NCBI GenBank assembly: GCA_051362555.1
Contig: CM120640.1
Coordinates: 33,499,967 to 33,563,966, forward strand
From: Lingula anatina
Lineage: Eukaryota; Animalia; Brachiopoda
DNA: 64,000 bases
Direction of reading: 5' to 3'
The translations under genes and the position numbers were made by a program. Positions 12,701-51,348 of this stretch are shown here, one piece after another. The notes beneath the pieces were generated by a model, which worked only from the letters and a program-made list of their open reading frames with translations, did not search any database and was not told the DNA's origin. How positions within the stretch are numbered: the first letter of the stretch is position 1; each line of letters starts with the position of its first letter.

Positions 12701-13663
12701 ATACAAGTCACCGTTACCACTTCTCCTCCTAGGCCCCAAGGACCTGTGTCCCCATCTCTTGGATTTAGGTCACATATAATCTTAACTTAAACCCCCTGTT
12801 TTTTTTTTATCTCAGTCGATGCATTGGCCTGGGTGTGACGCTCCTTGAAACCCACCCTTGCCAAAATTTTTGAAAATTCAATGCTAAATATCTCCTAAAC
12901 CGAAGGAATTATAGGAAAAATTACTACAGAAGTCTGACCAAAAGTCAAGTGGAAATTCCAAATATGCCCTTGGATTTGACCTTTGGCCTTTATTTCAAAG
13001 TCAAATGGGCCAAAATTTTCTAAAATTGGAAAATTTCTGCAAAAAAAAAATGTTTGTTTGTGCCAATTTTCAGAAACTGCACAGACCTATTTTCACGGGA
13101 GTAGCGGCCATAAGATGCTGAAACTGAAAAGTCTCTAATTCAGGAACCGTAAATGCTAGAGACCTCATGTTTTTTTGCATTTTGTAGAGCTTGTCAAGCA
13201 GAGCACTAGTGGTGGTGTCCCTTTTTTTGGTTTTCCATACAAATGCGCTTACTCCAGCTGGTGGTACAATATCCGGAGGCGGTATCGACTCTCTGATCCT
13301 CTAGTTTATTTTTATAATTATTATTATGATTTTTTTTCCAGAGAAACCAGTGGACTACTTTGAATTTGTCCTGAACCCTGGCTCTTATGGTCACACAATA
13401 GAGAATATGTTCCATGTAGCATTTCTGGTCAGGGTGAGTATTTATCAAAGACTGGGTTCTCATAACAGTAATCGATCCATCTCCAAGGGGTTTCTCGCTA
13501 AATTGTTTTCAGCTTAAGAGTTGCGAAGAAGGCTTTCCCCAAACTTTCAGCTTATGAAAATTTTACATTTATGACAAAAATTGTACAAACATTCAGTCTT
13601 GCTCGTTTCAACTCCCTGTACTTTGCAGTCCTGGGTAAAGAGACCTGGTTGTGAAACTAAAAC

Positions 13664-13707
<44 letters not shown>

Positions 13708-14496
13708 TTTCAGGATAACCTAGCCAAAATACTTCTAGACGAATATAAATTGCCTGTTATAGGTGGGTCGTCTTTATATACAAATACATTGCAATGGTCA
13801 ATTATTTAGATTTCTTCATTACTTCAATACATGCAGATTCTGCATCCCAAATTTTGGTGTATAATGTTTTTTAGTACAGCATAGCCTGAAAGCAGACTAT
13901 TGATTAAGATTGTAATCCAAAATCCTAGTTTAATATATAATCAGACTTCCTTCTCATTGAAAACAGTTTTGTAAAGCAGTCATGTTCTCCTTTCAGAGCC
14001 TGTAGAAAAACATGCTGGCGATGCACCAACTGAATCTTTACAGAGGCATCAGTGTATCGTTTCAATAACAAACAGTGAATTTGAGGTAAGATATTCAACA
14101 GAATTCCTATTATACTAATAGTTGATATTAAAAGTGCAAGTTTAAGCAGTATATTTGCAAGTTAGATTATAAAGTTGGATTTTTTAAAATGGCATACTGT
14201 GTTAGCAAAAAGCATAGTGCCGTAGTAAACGGAATGAAAAATTGAGTTTTTCTGAGGGTGAGTATTTTTTTTTTTTTTTTTTTTTTTTTTTCAAAATAAC
14301 AGAGCTCTTGCTCCACTTTTCCACCCATGATTGTTTGCAGGACCTTGTTAGAACATTCCAAGTTAAAACAGCAGCCATAAAGCCAGTTGAATTAAAAAAG
14401 GGGAAGACTCCCAGTGCCAGTGGAGATAGTGGACCAAGCCAAATGAATGGGTTTGATGCACATCCTGGGCCACAGAGCAAGAAAGCCAAAAAATGA
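9777..14496 (+). CDS. NSMCE4A: Non-SMC element 4 (Nse4/NSMCE4A, kleisin of the SMC5/6 complex). Exons 9777-9888, 10096-10176, 10789-10919, 11667-11800, 11972-12074, 12213-12309, 13342-13433, 13714-13762, 13997-14085, 14341-14496
   Basis: Ten GT-AG exons splice in one frame: ERRQLRHQY..., VKLTREATKDSQALL..., TTEEVERI..., [27 protein letters not shown] (Nse4 C-terminal motif F.FV.NP.S...T.EN.F...FL.RD). The start codon is the most plausible one, not proven. Confidence 0.92.
10933..11276. mobile_element. Tc1/mariner (pogo/Tigger-like) MITE in NSMCE4A intron 3
   Basis: 26-bp TIRs CGGTAAGTCTCCAATCTATACGAACG / CGTTCGTATAGATTGGAGAATTACCG (1 mismatch), flanked by TA on both sides. Confidence 0.85.
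12600..13306 (-). mobile_element. Helentron/HINE-like non-autonomous rolling-circle element in NSMCE4A intron 6
   Basis: Terminal hairpin AGTACCACCAG-8nt-CTGGTGGTACT (12603-12632), same arm CTGGTGGTAC repeated near the other end (13258-13267), end CTAGTT, T-rich insertion site, internal TTTGACCTT-type motifs. Confidence 0.7.
13666..13710. repeat. (TTTA)n microsatellite forming the 3' splice tract of NSMCE4A exon 8
   Basis: Direct reading; abuts the CAG acceptor at 13711-13713. Confidence 0.9.
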
Positions 14497-17400
14497 AGAC
14501 GGTTAAAAGCTGAGGAAGAATAAACCCTGGTGATGATAACAAATTGGCATGAAGATTTTGGTGGATTTTGCTGTCTTTATATGGAATAGGGTTGCAAGGC
14601 TTGAGCACAAGTATGGGTTATACTATACTTAAAAAAACCTTAGTAGTATTTGGTAGGGTTTTTATACATCATAATATTATTCCACTTAAAAGCTTACAAA
14701 CCCAAGTTATTTGTACCATCGTCCTATCTTTACACTGATTAATGAAACATTTTTAATCTACTTTGAAATCGCATTTGTCATATTTGCAGAACCAATTATC
14801 TATTTTATTATCTCTATACTTGATGTCTTTTTTAATACACTTATAAGACACATCGTGTAGTTAGTAAATAAAATGTTGGAAGTCTGTTTTGTAGTATGTA
14901 AGGAGGCATAATGAGCTTGTCATGTCCACTCTTTTATAGACATCAGTTTGCGACATCCATATCTGTCATTGGCAATTGTGATTCTTAATGGATTGTTAGA
15001 GTAAACAGCTAGTAGACAACAAAGTCTATTCTGGTGTTGAGCTTGTTAAATTTCTGTGCAATTTTTAACGTAGAATATAGCAGTCTGTAGTGATGAAAAA
15101 GTTACACAAGAATTTTTCACTTAATGATTTGATTGTGCATTATTACTATTAGAATGGAGCAGCATTACATAATGATGAAATTCTTTGTCTTTGATTCAGT
15201 GCCTTGAAAATCAATAAAACACATTAACATGAAGATTATTTTAAAAGGCATATAATTCATCATCGTAAATATTTTTACTGCTATGTCAAGTTGTAGTAGC
15301 ATAAGCATTGTCATTAGATACAACAAATGATTTTCCTTTCTGAATATAAAGTGAACCTCCAGAATGTAAAAATGATTTCATGAAATATTTTTGTTTGGTC
15401 TTGGAGTCGGTTTTTGCGTCTAAAAACCTTCTTTTGCTGAAATAGAGAAACTGGAGCAGAATATAAGGGCTTGCGTTCTTGTATTGCTGATATAACTTTT
15501 ATGTACTTGATTTGGGCTAGTCTAGTCATCTGTTCGTCATTCGATGCACATGTATATAGTTTTGTATATGAAGAATATTTTATCTCAAAACAGAATAAAA
15601 TTATTTGCTATACTCATCGATGTTCTTTGTTCAGAATCTTTGTAATAAAGAATTGTCTGATGTCAATTATGCAGCGAGTGAATAGAATTCGTAGAATTGG
15701 GGAAAACGCCAGTGACGAAATTTCATTTATAGATGAAGCAGTCCGAGTATTGTGATCAATATTTTTAATTGACGCAAATAACAGATCGAGACCTTTTGAT
15801 ATTATCATCACAAAGGGCATACAAAATGACTGGTAAAAATCAAACTTCGTGTAGATATAGCTTCTAAAAATGACTAAACCAATATAGAGAAGATTTTCAT
15901 CAGCTGTGTTATGTTATATAAGAATACAATAACTTTTCTTCAATCAACAGCTAATATTGACGGTTAATATTACCTCCAATATGCCGATGTCTTTCAGACT
16001 GTTGAGTGCAGAAAAATTACTTTATTCCAGGGTCATGCAACGTCACCTACATTTTGAGACGACAAATTCTGAAACAAAAATGCATTGGGCCTTTGTTCCA
16101 CACACGTGTTACAGGTAAATAGTGGGTTTTTTTCTCACTTCAAGTCATTTGGACGTTGCTTTTATAATCTGTAAACAATACTGGATGTATGCAGTGTTTT
16201 TATGTAAAACTTTGGGAGCTATTTGGCAATGTGCTTAGTAAAATGGCACAAATCTGAAGATAATTATTTAATAAAGATTTTTCATGGGTGGATCTTTAAT
16301 TGAGTGGCATAGAAACAATAGAATTATGTGATACCATAGCATTTCGGTCAAATACACCATTATATGGCACAAAAATAGACCTCATCAGTATCTATAGTAG
16401 CGTTGTGGATTAGTAGCAATTAGTTAAGACTGCTGAATTTTAGGAAAAGTATCGAAAATTCCAAGAAATTCGCTTGGAGTAGAATATTTTCTATAATAAT
16501 TTGTCTCTATTAAATTTAGATATATAAAATTTGATGACTAGAAAATCTTATATTATTGATTGCTCCACGTCTTAGGACATGCTTTCACAATGCTGCAAGA
16601 TGCAAAAACGAAGAATTTTTTTTTTTATAAATGCAAATTTATTTACAAACGCTAAAAATCAAATAAATGAAAAAGAACATGAAATATTATACAAACGATA
16701 AATAGTAAATTCAATTGAAAATATATAACATTTGGCACCTTAAATTCATGATAGCTGAACCGGTATTTGAGCATTTGCTTAGTGGGGACCAACCTTGCCG
16801 GTTTAACTAAAAATGTTTTACGGCTATATTAAGAAAGTAAATGGTTCGAATTAATCACTTGGGTTGCACGACGAAGTCTTCTTCTCTGTGATAGTGTAAA
16901 ACGGTTTAAGTTAGCCCAGTGTTGGTCGATAACAAGATTGTGATTAGGAATGTAGTTAACTCCGCAAAGCTAAGACTCCATATATGCCATCAAAGCACTG
17001 GTGTTCCCCTGAATCAATATAAGGAAGCTTGAACAAAATTTGGATAAAACTTCTCTTAGGTTAGTCTCCCTTAAGAACTAGTTTAAATGTTGATGCATCT
17101 TTGGAATTTTAGCTGTTTTGATTATGCTCCTGCTCATTGCATAAAATACTGTTCATAAGATGAAACTCTGCGCGAAAAATCGTTCGAAATTTTTCTTTCC
17201 TTTCAAGAAAACATCTCTTATGGTTTTGGCGGTTTTAGTTCCTCACAAGTCTAGGAAGTAATGTAATTGTGAACGTGACCTTTCGTGCGTGAAAAGTTAT
17301 TCGATCAATGAGTTGTGATAGGATATTTCCTATTTTTGTTCTGGTTTGAATTGCTATAACTTTGTGCTCTTCCGCAAACGTATACAGTTAATTAGTCCAA

Positions 17401-17547
17401 TCGATCACAAACGGAAGTCAGAAGTAGGGTGATTGAAATCAAGAAAGTTTTATGCCAATTCAATACTTAAAACTTCACTAGTGAGACCCATTTTGTGGCA
17501 CATGCATTACAGAAACCGCTTGTTAGTCCAATAATATATTGTCCTGC

Positions 17548-18621
17548 CTATCCGGCTTTCTTTTCAAAGTCTTCAAGTTGTTTCACCACTATCTCAAACT
17601 CCTTTTCTTCGGCCAGTTTCAAGGGCGTCCTGTTCTTGCGATTTTTGAGCGTGATGTCTGCGCCGTTTTCAAGCAGAATGGATACAATTTCTTCCCGTCC
17701 ACGCCAGCAAGCGTCGTGCAGGGGCGTCCAACCGTCGGCACCTTGGCGATTCACAGAGGAGCCAGCTGCCAGTAACTCTCTTACGATATCAGGGTATCCG
17801 TTGAGGCAAGCGACGTGAAGAGGAACCCAGCCGCCCAACTTTGCGAGTTCACATTGGGCCCCTTTAGATAGCAGGTATTTTACAACGTCCAAGTGGCCAT
17901 TTTGGGCCGCGACAAAGAGAGGTCCGGAACCATCGTGTTTTCTCAAATCTACATCGGCTCCTGAGTCCACCAGCAACTGTACAACCTCTAGATACCCCTC
18001 CTGACACGCTAGGTGGAGACTCGAAGTGCCATCGTCTTTCTGTAAGTTGACGGTGGCACCGCATCCGATCAGACCGCTGCATAAGTCGCGAAGCCCTATC
18101 TGAGCCGCCACGCCCAACGCAAAAGACCCATCTTTGGTTTTCATATCAACGTTGGCTCCGTAAGTGAGAAGCTGACGAGCCAGCAACTTGTGACCATTCT
18201 GAACGGCTAGGTACAAAGCGTGATAACCTTTCGAATCTTGGGCGTTAACATCTGCCCCTTGTTCTACTAAAATGTTCATCGCTTCCCTGTTTCCCTTATA
18301 GGCGGCCAGCATAAGAGGTGTCATTCCGTCGCGTCGCTTGGAGTCTACCGGCACATCCAGTCGTAATAACAGCTTGATCATGTCCAGGCGTCCATGGTAC
18401 ACGGCCACTGCCAGACCGTTCCACCCTGCCCCATTGGTCGTGGGTTGACCAGCTACTTCTTTGATAATCTCCTTATTCTGTTCAACGATGCGCCGAATAC
18501 TCCCCTCATCTTCAAAGCGAATAGCGTACAGTAGCTGGTCCCGTGCCTTGCGGATCGCTTTTTCTTCTTCGGTCATTTCGTCTTCATCAGGTGCCTCGGA
18601 TTCAGGCACCTCCGACTGCAC
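17548..18621 (-). CDS. Ankyrin-repeat protein (~9 repeats), single large coding exon; start either ATG at 18576 (MTEEEK) or an unresolved upstream exon
   Basis: Repeated G.TPL..A...G....V..LL..GA.VN motifs (e.g. DGMTPLMLAAYKGNREAMNILVEQGADVN, DGWTPLHDACWRGREEIVSILLENGADI). Acceptor TTCTCCAG|GTG at 18621. Confidence 0.92.
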   Translation of the reverse strand: MQSEVPESEAPDEDEMTEEEKAIRKARDQLLYAIRFEDEGSIRRIVEQNKEIIKEVAGQPTTNGAGWNGLAVAVYHGRLDMIKLLLRLDVPVDSKRRDGMTPLMLAAYKGNREAMNILVEQGADVNAQDSKGYHALYLAVQNGHKLLARQLLTYGANVDMKTKDGSFALGVAAQIGLRDLCSGLIGCGATVNLQKDDGTSSLHLACQEGYLEVVQLLVDSGADVDLRKHDGSGPLFVAAQNGHLDVVKYLLSKGAQCELAKLGGWVPLHVACLNGYPDIVRELLAAGSSVNRQGADGWTPLHDACWRGREEIVSILLENGADITLKNRKNRTPLKLAEEKEFEIVVKQLEDFEKKAG

Positions 18622-21600
18622 CTGGAGAACAATTTTAAAATTAGTGTGTTGCTGAAAAAATCTTGGCCACGTATTTTAAACGCATACAGACGCCTCAAAC
18701 GATTTTATCCAGAGTGAAATTGTGACGCACTACGGCTGCTCTTAAAATAAAAAAAGCTACTTTTGGGTTGGGGTATTTAAAAAATCAAATGCAAGGCAGG
18801 GTGAAAATGTTAAATCTATAACAAGAAACTTTTTTTGAAAAATTGCTCTAATGCAGGAGTAGAGCATCACCTGTGGGTTAAAATACATTACCAAAGTTAA
18901 ACAAATTTAGCTATGAAAACAATATTAAAAATCCAAACCTTGTGTCCACAATTTTATTATACGGATTTTTTCATCGTAACAAAACAAAGTTATCTAAATA
19001 CAGAGGCAAAAAAAGAGAGGTTCGCTTCAACTTTGCTCTAGAGCACACATTGCTTACACGAAAACGAAAACAAAAACTCAGATTTGCGACAACTTACCCC
19101 TTCGTCTTTGGCATTATAAAAACAGAATGTCAGAAATTCTGGAGAGTGTTTCCTTTTCAAGGTACACAACTCACAACTACATGTTATTTCTTGCTAACCC
19201 CGGACCGCCACCGTGTAGCTGAACCCGACCTACATATTTTACACAGACTTTATTAGGTCCCCCGTGTTAAACTTATTCAAAACAGAAAATAAGAAAGGAT
19301 AACGATTTAATGAATAGCAGCGAATTAACGAGAAGAGAATGACGTTTATTTGTTTTATAATTTGTATGGAAATCCTTGAGTTGCTCCATTTTATGTTACA
19401 AATGATTGTTTTTTAACATAACAAATCCGCTCTTAAAAGTGTTTAACTGGTTACAATAAAGGCTTCGGATCACTTACAACCCCCAGATGTAGATACACAC
19501 CGAGAAATAAAAGATGTTGCATGTTCTAAATCACCGTTGTTTTCAAATAATATCAATGTTGTTTTTGCTGTTGTATAGGGCAATGTCATCGGTTTTATAA
19601 ACAGTCTACCTCGTCAAGGTCGATTTTCACACGATGAAAAATTGTGAAGTTTATAAAGAAGATGCCAAAAAGTGGCCCCTTTGCATCCATTTTGATGGCA
19701 TAAGCACCGGTCTTTGCGACAGTTTTATCGTAAGAAATTAAACGAAACCGGGTCTCTAAAACAATTAAACTTCGCACTCACTCCCCGATTTATAGAGCAT
19801 AGTCAATGAAAAAGTATGTGATACCTTCCGGGTTTTAACGTGGTCAAACCACATGAAGTTTGAGCCCACTTACCGATTCAGACATTCTGGACGCGGTGTT
19901 TCTAGATTCAGTCATGCTGGTTGTAGCTTGAGGTATATTGAAAGATGGCACATAAATCAGCGGTATCCTCTCCGCAACCCCACGTTCTTCGCAATTCAAC
20001 CCCCAACAGAAGTGTGGGACAAGCCACTATGTACCTGTTAATAGGATAGAAAAATCGACGCGAACCTATCTTTTGTACAGTACACGAGGGTGTTTATTTA
20101 GTAAATTGACGACTCTCTAGTTTAGATCAACCGTTTCGTTAACTGGTTATGCGGACACACAAAAAGGAGGCAATTGCCTGTTAGTCTAATTGTCCAGCTT
20201 CTTCGATATTTATGACTAAGAATAATATTTGCACATCATGGGGTGTTACACATTTCAGCCATGGCAACTTTTGGTTATGTATAATCTACTGAACGGCCAT
20301 TGGCATTTAATAGTTATATCGGGTATAGTATTTGGCTTTGCGTGAAAAGAAGACAGCCCTCCGGTCAAAATTCTCACTTGTGTGTCATTTTCGGAAATTC
20401 ATTGTTGTAAAAAGGAAACGAAAATATGTAACCCTTGAAAGGAATATTGTGAAGTATGCAGTTTCGAAAAAAAAATTAATAAAATGCCATAAATTCAAAA
20501 AAGGCACACGAAAAGCCTTTTAATCGCAGCGTCAAGAACAGAATTTTACGGGCAATTTCCAATAACAATGCATCTCCGCCTATTTCATTTACGGTTACTT
20601 TACACTAACGAATAGAAGAAATAAGTCGGCGCAAAGGTGCAAGTGATGTAAATTCTCAGTCAAGTGTGAAGGAACGTACCGATGTGGGAGGTGCGCTCTT
20701 TTGTGGCTGATCAGGGGTCCGGAAATTATCGAATGGTAAAACTCCACGGGCAGGACCATTACATCTTAATGATATTTTCCGTAAATATTATTAAAGTAAA
20801 CAACACGGACTAAATGACAGGTGTATACAGGTGTAATGGAGTTCATTCCCGACTTCATTTTGTTTTAACACGCGTAATATTGTTCCATGGTCGGAGGTCT
20901 GAGAAAAGTGAGCAGGACTGTAACATATTGCAGCTCGAATCCAATATGGTTTCATGATATGTTTTAAAACGGTTTTGGGGATTCAAATACCATATATATG
21001 TAAGGTATAGTTTAGGGACACCATAAAAAAAGTGAAATAAAATGGCAAAATACTGATACTTGCGTGACTGGATGCAATAGCGAGCAAGTAAGATAATTTG
21101 TTATTCGCTTAAAAATTTAGAACACACAAATTAAAGTTTTACGTACAAAAGACAAGAAAGCAATAGCTTTCTCTCAAAAGTACTCCTTTCATCTGCAAAT
21201 CATATGTGCAAAATTGCGAACTCCCTTTACCGACTTTAATACGCCCTTTTAAATAAGAATAAGCGAACACATAACTAATTTGAACCCGTTTATTCAGCTA
21301 GCCATAAATAAAACTACACATAAATTCTGTTACATTACCAATAGCTAGCAGTCAGCTTACAGTTTTAACGGTGTTCTATAAAAATACTTCTTAATACAGT
21401 TAGAGTTAAAATTGAGAAAATTCAACATGGTCGATTTAATATCATATAAATAGAGTAATAAATGCAATTGTATTGCAATTCATATGGCCACGCTCAGTCA
21501 ATTCTAACTTTCAAATGATCTAAGCCTAATCTTTGTACTTTTACCGTAAAGACAGTGCGTCTCTTCGTTCTTCTCCCTTTTGCATAAATATGGATAATGG

Positions 21601-22733
21601 TAATGTGGTAATCAAAAAATCAGAATCAGATTAACCATTGTGGCTACGGATGGGATCATGAAGGAGAGAGATATATCTTTTTATATAGCATAATTACTAA
21701 GAAAAATCACGCTACATTTGATGACCAAAAAGAAGCCTAAAATCCATCAACAATTCATTACTCTATTACTCACCAAATACATTAAATATATATTTTACAA
21801 ATTTAAAATTATTATGCTAATTTTTCCCAATCAATTAATACTCCCCCTTAAAGTTTTTTATTTTATTTTTAATTTCAACTAAATAATCATGGTTTTAAAG
21901 TCATCAATCATGTCTACACACACTAAACTTGACTAGCACATTCTACTATAAGCTTTAAAAGAACATAATCAGCAGTACAAGGCTTAAGCACTTTTAAATA
22001 TGATAAATAAATGGATGAACTGTGACGTATTGAATTTATCACAAAATTCAATATTCAATCATCGTGATTGACTGAAGATTTATATGATTATTGTGAGTAG
22101 TGAATGTAATGTATTATAAAATATTATAGAATGAGGTGTCTGGTATATAGTAATATAAGGTGAGCTTGTCAGTGTAAATTTTTGCGAAAACAAAACTCAT
22201 TTATGCAGATGTGGTTAAAGGGAATAATCTAAAAATTATGCCGGCCATAAAACAGGAATAACAAAATCCTTAAAAGAACAATACATTTTTCAGTTCAAAG
22301 AGTGCATTCCTGAATGAGCATTTATGTGCGCATGTTTGAGCAAGTGGATTTTTACAGACCTCTTTCTCTTGTATATAAGATCAAAATTTATTTTGAATAA
22401 GATCTTCAGTAAATTCTGTAAACATGAGATTGTTCCTTTCCACTCTATATAGGAAACTGAGAATGATTTTTTTTAAATAATAAAACTAATGCTGTTGCCT
22501 GAAGCACCTTCAAAAGATTGCACAAAATGTTCAAACACCACTAGAGATAATGTATAATTTCTTTCCAAGAAAAAGATTTAAGAGATTAAATATTTGAATA
22601 CCCCATGAATAATGTGTTAGATGTAAATGGCAAATTAAAATGGCAGCTGTAAGATACATTTTGAGTATATTTGGGCTCTTTAATTCATCCTTGCAAAAAA
22701 CAAAAAGCCCTACGCAAGGAATGTTGCTGTTAT

Positions 22734-22845
22734 GTGTGTGTGTGTGTGTGTGTGTGTGCACGTGTATGCACATGCACAAATGTATGTATGTATGTATGTA
22801 TGTATGTATGCATGCATGCATGCATGCATGCATGTATGTATGTAT
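22734..22845. repeat. Compound microsatellite (TG)n/(TATG)n/(CATG)n
   Basis: Direct reading. Confidence 0.9.
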
Positions 22846-23680
22846 GACATTTTATTGCACTAAAGGTAAACCTTGATTTAAATACAACTATACTAGTTAC
22901 AGTATTGTTAGATACCACGGGGTAAATGAATAGTTTGGTACATGATTAGTTTGGCAGAGGTATATGCACACGTATCATTCCAATAATAGATAAAATATAA
23001 ATAAAATCCTATCAAACTACCAACATTTTCTGTCATAGTCTTGTCTAAGAAACCTTTCAATGACAATCTTTTCATGTTGGTTTATGTGCACTTATAAACA
23101 CTCAACACTTTTTTTTTTTACCAAATATTAGAATCACCAAAGCTGTTGCTATGTACATACCACAGTCCTGTCAAGAAATGGCACACTAAACAATAAACCA
23201 TACTATTGTAATAAATGCCTTATTCCAATGTCAAAATATGGGGCTAGTTCTTCCACTGTCTAAATGACAAGTGCCTCAGCAGGTCATGGGACTGTAAATA
23301 ATCCAATGGGAGCATTGCAAGGAAGTAGCGAAATGGTTCAATATAACCCGATATAAAATACTTCACATAACTTCAATTAGGGATACACATGCTGTACCTC
23401 ATTTCCACTTGTATATTTGCAATTGCACTCTTCCATGCATCCAGGGAAAATAGTGAAAATATCGACAAATATGGTTTGGGGTCCTGGGGAAAGCCTGGCC
23501 CTATGATATTTTTGGGTCCCAAAAGGTCAGAGAAATCATCCCTGTGCACCACAAACGTACCCAAGATCACCATCCTGCAGTGACAAAATAGTATGCATAG
23601 GCACTTACAAAAAAAAAAAAGGGGGGGGGGGATGGGAATGGAGAAAAGTATTCAACTATAAATAGTAATTCAGTATCACA

Positions 23681-50080
<26,400 letters not shown>

Positions 50081-50582
50081 TCTCCGTCAAAAGTCCCACA
50101 TTTGTCTGCTTGGTGCTCAAAAGTACCCCATATCGTCATAGAGCGATTCCGCATATCGTGCCCTCACACATTATCCTCAACCAACAGGCACTTTGCCGGT
50201 GATCGCATCCCAAGGGAGATCAGGATATTTGTTTACGATTTTAAATTAGTGACCAGAAAGAAATTATAAGACAGTGCACGCATTGCTACTACCTTTTAAC
50301 TTCATTTAGAAATAATAATTTATGAAAATGTTACTTTTATGATAAGAAAGAGGGAAAGCCAAGAAAATATTTCCTCTTAGGTGTCCCCTTTTTCTACTAA
50401 ATGGACTGATCCAAAAAGCGGATGTTGAATAGAGGGCAGCAGAGACTTCAAGATAAGCTTATTGTCCCATAGAAACCAGCGCAAACAACATGGCGGACAG
50501 TGCTTTACATGTCTTTCAAATTTCGGATAAGAACTCACTTGGATTCTGGCCTGTTTTGATTGATGTTTATCATTTGTAGAAG
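50081..50582. promoter_or_regulatory. Putative bidirectional promoter NCKX (-) / HEATR4 (+), with HEATR4 leader exon ending at 50582
   Basis: Locally CpG-rich. X-box-like GTCCCATAGAAAC at 50464-50476, YY1-like AACATGGCGG at 50487-50496, donor AAG|GTAGGG at 50582, matching acceptor TACAG at 51339. Confidence 0.5.
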
Positions 50583-51348
50583 GTAGGGGTTAAATAAGTG
50601 AACTTAAAGCCTTGAACAGTAACTCGTATGAGCATTACTTACAACATGTAATGTAAGTAAATGTATGTCGAATGTTTACAATTTCAACAGGGTTATGGGA
50701 GTCCTTGTTGCTTTAACGAATGGTCTTTATGGATCCTCCCACCTGTAATAGATTACTTACTTATGGTGACACAGACAGGTCCTCTTTGTCGGACTATAGA
50801 CTTTTTGATTTTCAACACATAGATTTGGTTCTTTAATAGATTTTAGATATATACAGGTGTACATGTATGCATCTACTGAGTAATGTGTTTGAAATACATG
50901 TACGTGTGATACAACAGCTTGTTGCCAGGTATGAATAGATGGCATTTTCTAGGATTTAAGTCATAGCATGAACATCCATGTATAAGGATTCCTGTATATC
51001 ATCTCTGATACATGTATGTGTTGCTTTTCTAATGCATGAAAGCTATGGGTGGTTATAACTGTAAAAGGATGAACAGCTTGCACATTCACCATGATGCTGA
51101 AACTTTTAAAACTTTATCTTACCTCTCACCTCCTCCATCCTCATGCTGCTGTAAAGGCAACCAGTTTATTTTTCTGTTGACAGAATAATCAACCCCATTA
51201 TATTTAAGTTAACTAGGAGTCTGTAGTTTTAGGGAGTCTCAGTAATACATATATAACCATGTTTTTACCCATCATGATTACTTAAACACAGATCACATAT
51301 CACAATTTCTTAAATTGCAATTTTCCATTAGTATTACAGATTTTCAAA

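Noticed and set aside
17495-18655. Plus-strand and alternate-frame ORFs over the ankyrin exon
   Set aside because: Expected shadows of a GC-rich coding exon; no independent protein features.
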